This document shows positions 1 through 8,328 of a stretch of DNA of 64,000 nucleotides, piece after piece (the first letter of the stretch is position 1; each line of letters begins with the position of its first letter). Origin of the DNA: Kiritimatiellia bacterium (GTDB lineage Bacteria > Verrucomicrobiota > Kiritimatiellia > JAAZAB01); contig JAXGPF010000006.1 in NCBI GenBank assembly GCA_040767085.1, positions 307,947 to 371,946 on the forward strand, written 5' to 3'. Made by a program: the position numbers and the translations under genes. The notes under the pieces were generated by a model. The model saw only the letters and a list, made by a program, of their open reading frames with translations. It had not been told where the DNA came from and searched no databases.

Positions 1-164
1 ACGCCACCAACAGCCGGCTGCAGCTCGGTAATTATATTGCCAGCGCGCAGGTGGCGACAAACCTGGACGGGGTCAACATCAGCCTGACGGCCGTGCGGCG
101 GCATGGGCAGTTGCGCGGCGCTTACGGGGCATCTACCTTCATCAATTTGCGCAATCGTAATTAA
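1..164 (+). CDS. 3' end of a probable PilW/PulJ-like minor pilin (truncated by window edge)
   Basis: Frame 3 is open from the window start: ATNSRLQLGNYIASAQVATNLDGVNISLTAVRRHGQLRGAYGASTFINLRNRN*. The terminal 'INLRN' resembles PilW-type C-termini, and the gene lies directly upstream of a PilX-like gene. Confidence 0.5.
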   Translation, partial: ATNSRLQLGNYIASAQVATNLDGVNISLTAVRRHGQLRGAYGASTFINLRNRN

Positions 165-186
165 CCCAGACCATGCGTTGCATCCG

Positions 187-1860
187 ATGAAAACACAGGC
201 GACAAATTCCGGGGCGGTTTTAGTGGCAGTCATCAGCTTTACCGCGCTGGCGGCCATCCTGGCCGCCAGCATGCTGTCCGACGGCATGACGCAAATCCGG
301 CTCGCCCGGCGCCAGGTTCTGATGGAGCAGGCCTTTTACCTGGCGGAAGGCGGCGCGGAACAGGCCGTGGCTTATATCCGCAACGGCCAGAATGTGCCCG
401 GCGTGGTCACGGGCGCGTTTATTTACCCCAACAACACCACCGGCAAATTCACGGCAGTGGTCGTCCAGGCGTTCGACACCGCTAACGGCGGTTCAACCGG
501 GACGAATTCCGTATCTGGCAGCCTCCGCATCAACCCCAACAATTCTTCCCAGCACGAGTTCCTGCTGGTCAAACCCGACGGGACCACCATCACCCGCGAC
601 GACTTGCAGGGCGACACCACGGCTTACACCAGCACGCCTTGCGTCTATTACACCGGACCGGCGGTGATGATCCGGGTCAAGCCTATGGGCAACGGCAGTC
701 AGAACACTCTTGTGGTCAATGGCGCCGTCTATCCCCTGCTCAATGCCAATACCTACGACCTGGTTTCCCTGGACATGCGTGTCCAGGTTTACAATGACGG
801 GCGCAACCAGGGGAACGGGCGCGCCAACGGCCAGTGGTGGCTCGGCAGCATTGACGGCGACGAGGTGACGATCGGCGAGCAGACCAGCGGCGGCGGCGGG
901 CCGATCTCGCGTCAATTCACGATCTTTTCCACCGGCCGGATCGGCGGCGCCACCCGGGCGGTAATCCTGGAAGGTGTACAGCAACAGGCCTGGTCCCGCT
1001 TCGCCCTTTGGTACAACAACTCCGCCGGCCCGATCTGGATCGGCAGCGGCGAGGTTTTCAACGGGCCGGTCCACGCCAACACCCTGATTTACCTCGACGG
1101 CAATCCGATTTTCAACGAATTGCTGTCTTCCACCGCGGCCAACTGGGGGCCCGGCAGCGATTTAGCGCAGGTGCAATTCAACGGCGGCACCTGGCTGAAC
1201 GCGCCGGCCGACACCATGGCGACCGTGGTGTTCACTAATTTGCGGGCATCCGCCACCATGACCGTCACCGGCCTGACCCACATGACCATGGCCGGCACAA
1301 ATCTCTTCATCACCAATGCCCGGATGGGCTGGAACAACTACCGCCTTGACTCGCCGTCCAACGGCATGCTCTACGTGGAAACCGCCAACAGCGGCTTGAA
1401 TCGCAGCGGCATTATCAATATCGGCGGCCAACTGGACGGGCGCCTGACGGTCGTGGCGGACAACAGCATCCAGATCACCAACCACCTGACTTACGCGGTC
1501 CACCCGACCAACAACTCGAATGACGCCCTGGGGTTGATCGCCCGGAACGACGTCGAAGTCCGCGCCAACGCGCCCGCCAATCTCAATGTATTCGCGCACA
1601 TCATCGCCTGCAATACCGACAACAGCACGTACGAAAGCGGCTTTTTCGTCGAGAATTACAGCACCCGTTTCGGCTGCGGCTTCCTGAACGTCTATGGCGG
1701 CATCGTGGAAAACAACCGCGGCGCCGTCGGCACCACCGCCGGGCGGGGTTATTCCAAGAATTACACTTACGATGAACGGTTCCGCTTCGCGCCGCCACCC
1801 AATTACCCGACGGTGCTGGACACCTATCAATGGAACAATTGGAGGGAGAAAGCGTTATGA
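187..1860 (+). CDS. PilX/GspK-like minor pilin with large C-terminal beta-rich domain
   Basis: Likely start MKTQATNSG|AVLVAVISF (prepilin Gly, hydrophobic helix, no Glu5). 'QAFYLAEGGAEQA' matches the PilX N-terminal pattern; C-terminal 'GYSKNYTYDERF..PPPNYP'. Confidence 0.75.
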   Translation: MKTQATNSGAVLVAVISFTALAAILAASMLSDGMTQIRLARRQVLMEQAFYLAEGGAEQAVAYIRNGQNVPGVVTGAFIYPNNTTGKFTAVVVQAFDTANGGSTGTNSVSGSLRINPNNSSQHEFLLVKPDGTTITRDDLQGDTTAYTSTPCVYYTGPAVMIRVKPMGNGSQNTLVVNGAVYPLLNANTYDLVSLDMRVQVYNDGRNQGNGRANGQWWLGSIDGDEVTIGEQTSGGGGPISRQFTIFSTGRIGGATRAVILEGVQQQAWSRFALWYNNSAGPIWIGSGEVFNGPVHANTLIYLDGNPIFNELLSSTAANWGPGSDLAQVQFNGGTWLNAPADTMATVVFTNLRASATMTVTGLTHMTMAGTNLFITNARMGWNNYRLDSPSNGMLYVETANSGLNRSGIINIGGQLDGRLTVVADNSIQITNHLTYAVHPTNNSNDALGLIARNDVEVRANAPANLNVFAHIIACNTDNSTYESGFFVENYSTRFGCGFLNVYGGIVENNRGAVGTTAGRGYSKNYTYDERFRFAPPPNYPTVLDTYQWNNWREKAL

Positions 1861-2255
1861 ACGGCGCCTCCAATAGCGGCAGAACCGATGCTCCCGCCCC
1901 GCTGGTGATTTTCACGGCCGTGGTTTTGATCGCGGCGGGCGTGGGCGCTTCGGTTTGGACGTTGTGGCAATCCCTGCGCAGCGCGCCTGTCGCCCCGCCG
2001 GCGGCCGATGCGCCGGCGGCGCCGTTGCTGGCTTCGCCGCTTCAGCAGTCCTCCGCCTCCGGCGCGCCGGCGTCAACCTCGGCCCCGTTGCGGGGTGGCG
2101 AATTCAACACGGACTTTGAGCAGATGCGCCAACGCGAAGCGACTGGGCAGGCGGCGGCAGCCGTCCTGCGGCGCGCGCGGAAGGCCGGCGCCGGTTCACC
2201 CTGGACCGAGGATCAGGTCCAAGCCGTGGAACGCGGGGACTTGGCCATCCGTTGA
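1857..2255 (+). CDS. Hypothetical single-pass membrane protein
   Basis: ATGA overlap with the upstream stop; one hydrophobic helix (LVIFTAVVLIAAGVGASVWTLW) followed by a Pro/Ala-rich linker. Confidence 0.6.
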   Translation: MNGASNSGRTDAPAPLVIFTAVVLIAAGVGASVWTLWQSLRSAPVAPPAADAPAAPLLASPLQQSSASGAPASTSAPLRGGEFNTDFEQMRQREATGQAAAAVLRRARKAGAGSPWTEDQVQAVERGDLAIR

Positions 2256-2298
2256 GAACTGCCAGCTCCGCGCGGCCACAGGCCACACTGTAAGACTT

Positions 2299-2709
2299 AT
2301 GCGCCCAAACGCTAAAAATGGATTCACCATGGTGGAGATGATGGTCGCCGGAACGATTTTCCTGTTGTTCTGCGCGGGATTCTTCTCCGCCTATATCGCG
2401 GCCATCGGCGCGCAGCGAATGGCGGCGAACCATTACCGCGCGCTTTGCCTCGCCCGCAACCGCATCCAGCACGCGCGTGCCTCGGAGTATTCCAGCCTGG
2501 AATTGCTGGCGGAAACCTCCAACGCCGTTGACGTCGTCGGCAATCCCGACCCGGCGGGCGGATTCCGGCGCAGCACCACCATTATCCCGGACACCAACAC
2601 CACCGCCAATATTTCGCAATTTATCGTGCAGGTGTGGTTTCCAGCGCACCGCGGGCGTTTAAGCTCCACCCCGGTGGAACAGACCACCTTGATTGCCAAC
2701 CCGATGTGA
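2299..2709 (+). CDS. PilV/PulI-like minor pilin (prepilin N-methylation motif)
   Basis: MRPNAKNG|FTMVEMMVAGTIF, a canonical G|FxxxE class III signal; ~136 aa. Confidence 0.85.
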   Translation: MRPNAKNGFTMVEMMVAGTIFLLFCAGFFSAYIAAIGAQRMAANHYRALCLARNRIQHARASEYSSLELLAETSNAVDVVGNPDPAGGFRRSTTIIPDTNTTANISQFIVQVWFPAHRGRLSSTPVEQTTLIANPM

Positions 2710-4796
2710 TGCAAAATATGCCTTCTTACGCCAAATCATTGCCGCTGGTTTACCGCGCCGGTTTCACCGCGGTGGAACTGATTATCAGCGCCGCCATCAT
2801 GGCGCTGGTCATCAGCGGCGCCACCGCCACTTTCATCTACGGGCTGCGCACCTGGCGCGCCGAAACCATCACCAGCGAGCTGCACCAGGACCTGGAAGAG
2901 GCGATGGAGCACATTCGCCACGATTTGCGGCTCTCCAGCGTGGGCGTGGGCCTGATGTCCTTTTACCCCACCAACGCCGCCGAATACACCGCCATCAGTT
3001 TCCCGCTCTCATCTCCCGCCGGGGACAACCTCCTGCGGCGCGATTTGAACACCAACAGTCCGAATTACGGACGCATCATCTGGGATCAAACAGTGATTTA
3101 CCATGTCCGGCCCGGGACCCCCGACGAGCTGCTGCGGACGGTTTTCACGCCGCGGAACAGCAATGCCGCGCCGCACGATTTTTACACTCAATTGCAGAAA
3201 GTGGCCCTCAGCACCAATTTCGCCGGCGTGCAGGCTGCCGGCCTGGCGGGAGAGAGCGCCAGCAGCCGGGTAGTGTTCCGGAACCTGGTGAGCCTGCGCA
3301 TCCGTCCCCCGGAATTGCTGTTTGACGGCTACGCTCCCGCCTACCAGCGCGCGCGGAACTTGAACTGGGGCAGTGTCGTTCTGGGCGGCGGGCACAACAT
3401 TTTAACCTTCACCGTGGTGAACAAAAACACCAACAGCACCGGTTACAAGGTCGGCATTGACTGGTTTTCGCTCAGTCCCAGCGCCAGCCGGCGCGAAGGC
3501 GAAATTTTCCTGCCAAACGACAGCCACCCGGCGGCGCCTTATTTCCAGCACACGCTCAGCGGCGGATCGGTTTCGGCCCAGGACATGTCCGCGCACGGCG
3601 CCGGCTGGAGCGGCAACTGCCAGTTGACCTATGACGCCGGCGCCGCCGGCAATTCCATCGCCTTCAAGGTCTTCAACGACCTCTGGTGCGACTCCCAGTT
3701 CGATGCCCCGCCAGGCATCCTGGCCAGCAATCTCAGCCGGAAGTGCGACACCAACTTCCTGGCCCAGCCGCCCAATATCACAGACTTTGTCATGGACATG
3801 GATAAAGGCGTTGCATGGATGGCCGATTACTGCGCGGTAGCCAACCCCGGCGGCATCTCCCTTGCAGCCGATGCGCCGGTGGTCAATATCATTTATGGCG
3901 GCAGCAGCAACATACCGGGCAACATCATTTACAACGGCGCCCGCGCCCGCCTGAATTTTCAGGCTTCCACCAACGGCCAGCTTTTCATCGAAAACGTGCA
4001 GATCATGCAACAGGCATCCGGAATCACCCCGGTGTCCGGCAGCGCCAGGGCGGTAACCTTCGGCGGCAACTCCTCCACCCATGTCAACCTGGGCGGATCG
4101 GCCTGGAGCGATTGGGTGGACTTTGCGGTGGACCGCAACATTTCCTGCCTGGTCAGTTTCACCCTGAAAACGGAGGCATCGACGCTGGCCAACGCCAAGA
4201 CCTGGCCGGCCGCCTCGGCGACGCCGCCCATGTCGTACCTGAATGGCACGCCGCACCACGAGATCATCGGGCTGGGCGCCATCGAAGTTTCGTATCCCTC
4301 CAACGCCGTTTACCTCTCCGGCATTTTTGACACCCGCCTGGCAAATCCATCCTACCGCCGGCTGAACTGGACTGAAGCCACCCCTTGGGGGACCGACATT
4401 GACATCCGCCTGCGCTCGGGCGACCAGCGCGACTTGAGCGATGCCTGCGCCTGGGAACCGTATTCCTACTTCCAAGGCTACCAAGATAATTACATCGGCG
4501 GCATTGCTGGCGGACGGTACGTCCAATACGAAGCTTTGTTCCGCTCGTCATCCCCGTACCAGACCACGCCCAAACTGCGCGATACCACCATCACCTGGCA
4601 TGGGGCCACGGGCCTGGTGGACCTGGTGGTCGGGTTCGCCCGCGGACCGGACTACGGGATCGTCAAGGCCGAGGTCAACGGCCAGCAGTTCATCAAGGGG
4701 ATCGAGGTGGAAATGGAGATTTTCAAAACCGGTCCGTTCGGCACTAACCGCGTGGCCGGCCTGATGGAAGTCCGTCCGTTGAACACCGGGAAATAA
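2709..4796 (+). CDS. Very large PilW/PulJ-like pilin with inserted beta-sandwich domains
   Basis: RAG|FTAVELIISAAIMALVI prepilin motif, 'AMEHIRHDLR' helix and C-terminal 'EVRPLN'. Start overlaps the upstream stop (TGATG); alternative start at 2718. Confidence 0.8.
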   Translation: MQNMPSYAKSLPLVYRAGFTAVELIISAAIMALVISGATATFIYGLRTWRAETITSELHQDLEEAMEHIRHDLRLSSVGVGLMSFYPTNAAEYTAISFPLSSPAGDNLLRRDLNTNSPNYGRIIWDQTVIYHVRPGTPDELLRTVFTPRNSNAAPHDFYTQLQKVALSTNFAGVQAAGLAGESASSRVVFRNLVSLRIRPPELLFDGYAPAYQRARNLNWGSVVLGGGHNILTFTVVNKNTNSTGYKVGIDWFSLSPSASRREGEIFLPNDSHPAAPYFQHTLSGGSVSAQDMSAHGAGWSGNCQLTYDAGAAGNSIAFKVFNDLWCDSQFDAPPGILASNLSRKCDTNFLAQPPNITDFVMDMDKGVAWMADYCAVANPGGISLAADAPVVNIIYGGSSNIPGNIIYNGARARLNFQASTNGQLFIENVQIMQQASGITPVSGSARAVTFGGNSSTHVNLGGSAWSDWVDFAVDRNISCLVSFTLKTEASTLANAKTWPAASATPPMSYLNGTPHHEIIGLGAIEVSYPSNAVYLSGIFDTRLANPSYRRLNWTEATPWGTDIDIRLRSGDQRDLSDACAWEPYSYFQGYQDNYIGGIAGGRYVQYEALFRSSSPYQTTPKLRDTTITWHGATGLVDLVVGFARGPDYGIVKAEVNGQQFIKGIEVEMEIFKTGPFGTNRVAGLMEVRPLNTGK

Positions 4797-4914
4797 CGCA
4801 AGAGGCAAAGAACCAAAGGAACAAAGCCGTGTGGCGCCAAGCCGGCGGCGCGGCCCTGATCATCCGTGCCTTCGAAACCTGGCAAAGCAGCGCCGCGCCA
4901 GGGGAGGAACAGCC

Positions 4915-6015
4915 ATGTTTAACAACACTTTATCGCGCAGCCGCGCCGGCCGCCGCGGCTCGGCGCTGGTGACCGTGATGTGCGTATCGGCGGTGCTGCT
5001 GCTGGCCAGCATGGTCATGGCTTACATGACCCGGCAGGCGCTGGCGCGGGCGCAGCGGATCAACACCGGCGCACGGGCCCTGGCCGTCGCGGAAGCCGGC
5101 ATTGCCGACATGGTTGCGCTGCTGAGCACCAACTACCTCATGTGGCGCAACACCAACCACAGCGCCCAGTTCGGCGGCGGCGTCTACACGGTGAACAGCC
5201 AGACTCAATCCAACGGCAATGTGCTGCTGGTCAGCACCGGCGTGGTCGGCAGCGTCGCCCGTTCCACGATTATGGAACTGCTAGGCACTTACCAGGATTG
5301 GAACGATTCCCTGTTCCGCCTGGACGGCGTGATTCTTTCCGGCGGCGATGTGCGTTTTTCCTCGGCCGCTTACGCAATCAACGGCAACGTGCATGCCAAT
5401 GGCAGCGTGCTGGCCAGCGGCGGCGCGAAAAACGGCGATTTCATCAGCAATGCGGTCGTCACGGCCGTGGGTTCCGTCGCAAACTTGAATAATGTTGACG
5501 CCGACAACCTTATCGGGGGCGAACCTAACCGGGTGCTGCCGGCCTTCGACTTCGACAGTTACCGCCAGATGGCTCTCTCCAACGGCCTGTATTACAGCAA
5601 TTCCATGACCTTCAACGGCTGGGACGCCCGACCCTCCAACGGGGTGGTCTACGTCAACGGCGATGTGGTGATCGCCAATCACAGTTCTTTAGTAGGCACG
5701 CTCGTGGCCAACGGCAACATCCAGGTGCAGAATAATTTCACTCAGACCAACTTCCCGGGGCAGACCAACTGGCCGGCCTTGCTGAGCACCGGCAACGTCA
5801 CGCTGCAAAACAAGGAAACTTACCATGGCATCATCTATGCCGCCTTGAATGTCAGCATCCAGAACAACATCACCTGCAATGGCGGTATTATCAGCGGCGG
5901 TTACACCGAAATTCAGAACCACGGCACGATGAACCAGCCCCCCGGCTACCCCCCCTGGGATCCGCTTAATCCCTCCGTGCCGCCGGAAGTGATCGTCGGC
6001 GGCTGGCTGAAGTAA
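4915..6015 (+). CDS. PilX-like minor pilin with C-terminal beta-solenoid-like repeats
   Basis: GGAGG RBS before ATG; RRG|SALVTVM; 'ALAVAEAGI' motif; repeats such as GVVYVNGDV, GTLVANGNI, GIIYA, GGIISG. Confidence 0.78.
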   Translation: MFNNTLSRSRAGRRGSALVTVMCVSAVLLLASMVMAYMTRQALARAQRINTGARALAVAEAGIADMVALLSTNYLMWRNTNHSAQFGGGVYTVNSQTQSNGNVLLVSTGVVGSVARSTIMELLGTYQDWNDSLFRLDGVILSGGDVRFSSAAYAINGNVHANGSVLASGGAKNGDFISNAVVTAVGSVANLNNVDADNLIGGEPNRVLPAFDFDSYRQMALSNGLYYSNSMTFNGWDARPSNGVVYVNGDVVIANHSSLVGTLVANGNIQVQNNFTQTNFPGQTNWPALLSTGNVTLQNKETYHGIIYAALNVSIQNNITCNGGIISGGYTEIQNHGTMNQPPGYPPWDPLNPSVPPEVIVGGWLK

Positions 6016-6046
6016 ACGGGCGCGCCATGCTGCGCCCAAAATACTT

Positions 6047-6994
6047 TTAATTAATGATATCCGCTGGGAGTCCGGCGGATGCCAGCCGGGCATACCCCGC
6101 GCGGGTAAGTTTCCGGATCAGGCATCGGCATTTATGCGTTATGCCGGCCGCCTCGATTTTAGCGCGCAACCTGGAACAAGCCGGCGTTTTTCCCAAATGC
6201 ACTCCCGCCTGTTCGAGCAGCATCAGATATGGCAGCGTGATATGCAAATGCGGATTGGGCGGGGCGCCGGGCGCGAAATCGTCCAAGTCATCGCGTATCT
6301 GATAGGCCTGCCCCAACCACCGGCCGGCATCGGCAAGCATGGATAATACGATTTCCGGCTTGTCGGCCAAGACGGCGGCCGCCTGCAAGGGGCAGGCGAA
6401 ACTGTAACTGGCGGTTTTAGCGGCAAACAGCCGCAGCGCCCGGCCGGCATTCAGCCGGCACAAGCCGGCAGCCGCGCATAATTCCGCCGCCTGCCCCAAC
6501 GCCGCGGTTTCGGCGGCGCCGGCAACCAGCCGCATAATGCGGATGCTTTTCCGCGCGGGTATCGGCAGTTCGGCCACCAGGCGCATGGCATGCGCAAACA
6601 GCCAGTCGCCGGCAGCCAAGGCCATATCCGTTCCGGTCAGGGCCGTGTTATGCAGCAGGGCGTTGAAACGGCAATGCGCGGCAGGCGCGCCGCGCCGGTA
6701 ACATGCGCGATCCACTATGTCGTCATGGATCACGGCAAATTGGTGAAGCAATTCCAACGCCACCGCCAACTGCCGGCAGGCAGTGTCAACCGGACGGCCA
6801 TAGGCGTGGACCGCGGCCAGAAACAGACGCGGCCGCATGCGCTTCCCGCCGCGGCAGATATAATCGGCCAGCACCCGCCGTACCTTTTCCGGAAGCGCCG
6901 GACCGCCCGGGCCGGCGCGCGGAATCCTGTCCAGATGGGCTCGCAACTGGTTTTCAAAATCGCTGTTATTTCCCATTCTGTCCTTTTTGCGCAT
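6047..6994 (-). CDS. Polyprenyl diphosphate synthase family protein
   Basis: GGKRMRP, first Asp-rich motif HDDIVD followed by RRG, GQ, KTA, and second Asp-rich motif YQIRDDLDD. TGATG coupling to the upstream gene. Confidence 0.88.
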   Translation of the reverse strand: MRKKDRMGNNSDFENQLRAHLDRIPRAGPGGPALPEKVRRVLADYICRGGKRMRPRLFLAAVHAYGRPVDTACRQLAVALELLHQFAVIHDDIVDRACYRRGAPAAHCRFNALLHNTALTGTDMALAAGDWLFAHAMRLVAELPIPARKSIRIMRLVAGAAETAALGQAAELCAAAGLCRLNAGRALRLFAAKTASYSFACPLQAAAVLADKPEIVLSMLADAGRWLGQAYQIRDDLDDFAPGAPPNPHLHITLPYLMLLEQAGVHLGKTPACSRLRAKIEAAGITHKCRCLIRKLTRAGYARLASAGLPADIIN

Positions 6995-7875
6995 CAACGG
7001 GGCGCCGCCAATCCAGCCGCCAGCAGCAATCCAAACACCATCAACCCGCGGGCGGCATGAATGTCTATGTCCGCCGGTATTTTTTCCGCAAAAGACATGC
7101 GCGCCGGCCGCCACAGGAAGGGCAAGGCGGCCAGCGGAAAAAACACGCCGGGCATGTCAATGCCGCCAACCCCGTAAAGCGGCGCCAGCGCCAGAAAGGC
7201 GGACGCCACCAGGAACGCATAACCGAACGGCGCCGCCCGGCCCAGGTGTTGGGCCATGGTCCGGCAGCCGGCGTCGGCATCGCGGCGGCAATCGCGCAGA
7301 TTGTTGGCATATAGCAGGGCGGCGGCCATGAATCCGGCCGGCATGCCGCACCACCAGGCGGAGGCAGTCAGACGCGCGGTCAGGCCATAAAACACGGCGG
7401 CGGTCAGCCATGGCCCCGTCAGCGCGAACACCAGCAGCTCGCCGCTGGCGCGGTATTTGAGTTTAAGCGGCGGCGCGGTATAAAAGAATCCGCCGGCCAG
7501 GCCGATTGCTCCGAATCCCCACAGCCAGGCGCCGCGGGCGATCAGCGCCGGCAAGGCCACCACTGGAGCCGCCAGCAGCAGGATTACACCCAGCCGCAGC
7601 GCCTGGCGCGGACGAAGCAATTGTTCGGCCAACGCCCAGGTGGAAGGCGCCGCACCCGGCTGGTCCAGGCCGGTGCGGAAATCGTAATAGTCGTTGATTA
7701 CATTCGTGCCGCCATGCAGCGCCAGCAATGCCAGCAACAGCAAGGGCAGGTATTGCCAGTCCGCCGGCATGTCTGACCGGGCGGCCAGGATGGCCGCCTG
7801 CAATCCCGGCAGCGCCGCCACCGGGAAGGCATAGGCTCTCAGAATCAGCAGCCATTTGCGGATGCGGGACATCAT
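6994..7875 (-). CDS. menA: 1,4-dihydroxy-2-naphthoate polyprenyltransferase (MenA-like, UbiA superfamily)
   Basis: NDYYDFRTGLD, YTAPPLKLKYRASGE and ANNLRD..RD motifs; multiple transmembrane helices; ATGA overlap with the DoxX stop. Confidence 0.8.
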   Translation of the reverse strand: MMSRIRKWLLILRAYAFPVAALPGLQAAILAARSDMPADWQYLPLLLLALLALHGGTNVINDYYDFRTGLDQPGAAPSTWALAEQLLRPRQALRLGVILLLAAPVVALPALIARGAWLWGFGAIGLAGGFFYTAPPLKLKYRASGELLVFALTGPWLTAAVFYGLTARLTASAWWCGMPAGFMAAALLYANNLRDCRRDADAGCRTMAQHLGRAAPFGYAFLVASAFLALAPLYGVGGIDMPGVFFPLAALPFLWRPARMSFAEKIPADIDIHAARGLMVFGLLLAAGLAAPR

Positions 7876-8309
7876 CCCTTCTTGCGGCCGGCAATCAAAA
7901 CATCCAACGACCACCGGCCGCCACCCTTCAACATGAACAGCAATGCCGGAAAAAGATACAACAACGCCATTTCCCGGCCGGCAAACGGGGCGCCGGCATG
8001 CGCCACGAAGGCGGCCACCGCCATGGTAACAACAATCAGGAACGATGCCGGAACCGTGCAGGCGCCCAACATCAGCAGGATGCCGCCAATGCCTTCGGCG
8101 GCGGCGGCCATGAATCCCCAGAACTCCGGCGCGCCGGGCATGCCTGTGCCGCTCATGATGCCGCCCACCCCGCGCCAGGTTTCAACGCCGCCGGCCAGTT
8201 TCGGCAAACCGTGCGTCATCATCCCCGCGCCGATAAAAACGCGCAGCAAAAAATACCCCGCATCGCCGCCCGCTCCGCCTAACCACGTCCCCATCAGTAT
8301 TTTTTTCAT
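7872..8309 (-). CDS. DoxX family membrane protein
   Basis: LLRVFIG..MMTHGLPKL, AEGIGGILLMLG, GGGRWSLD; strong AGGAGG RBS. Confidence 0.88.
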   Translation of the reverse strand: MKKILMGTWLGGAGGDAGYFLLRVFIGAGMMTHGLPKLAGGVETWRGVGGIMSGTGMPGAPEFWGFMAAAAEGIGGILLMLGACTVPASFLIVVTMAVAAFVAHAGAPFAGREMALLYLFPALLFMLKGGGRWSLDVLIAGRKKG

Positions 8310-8328
8310 CCTCTCCTCCTGTTCCTGG

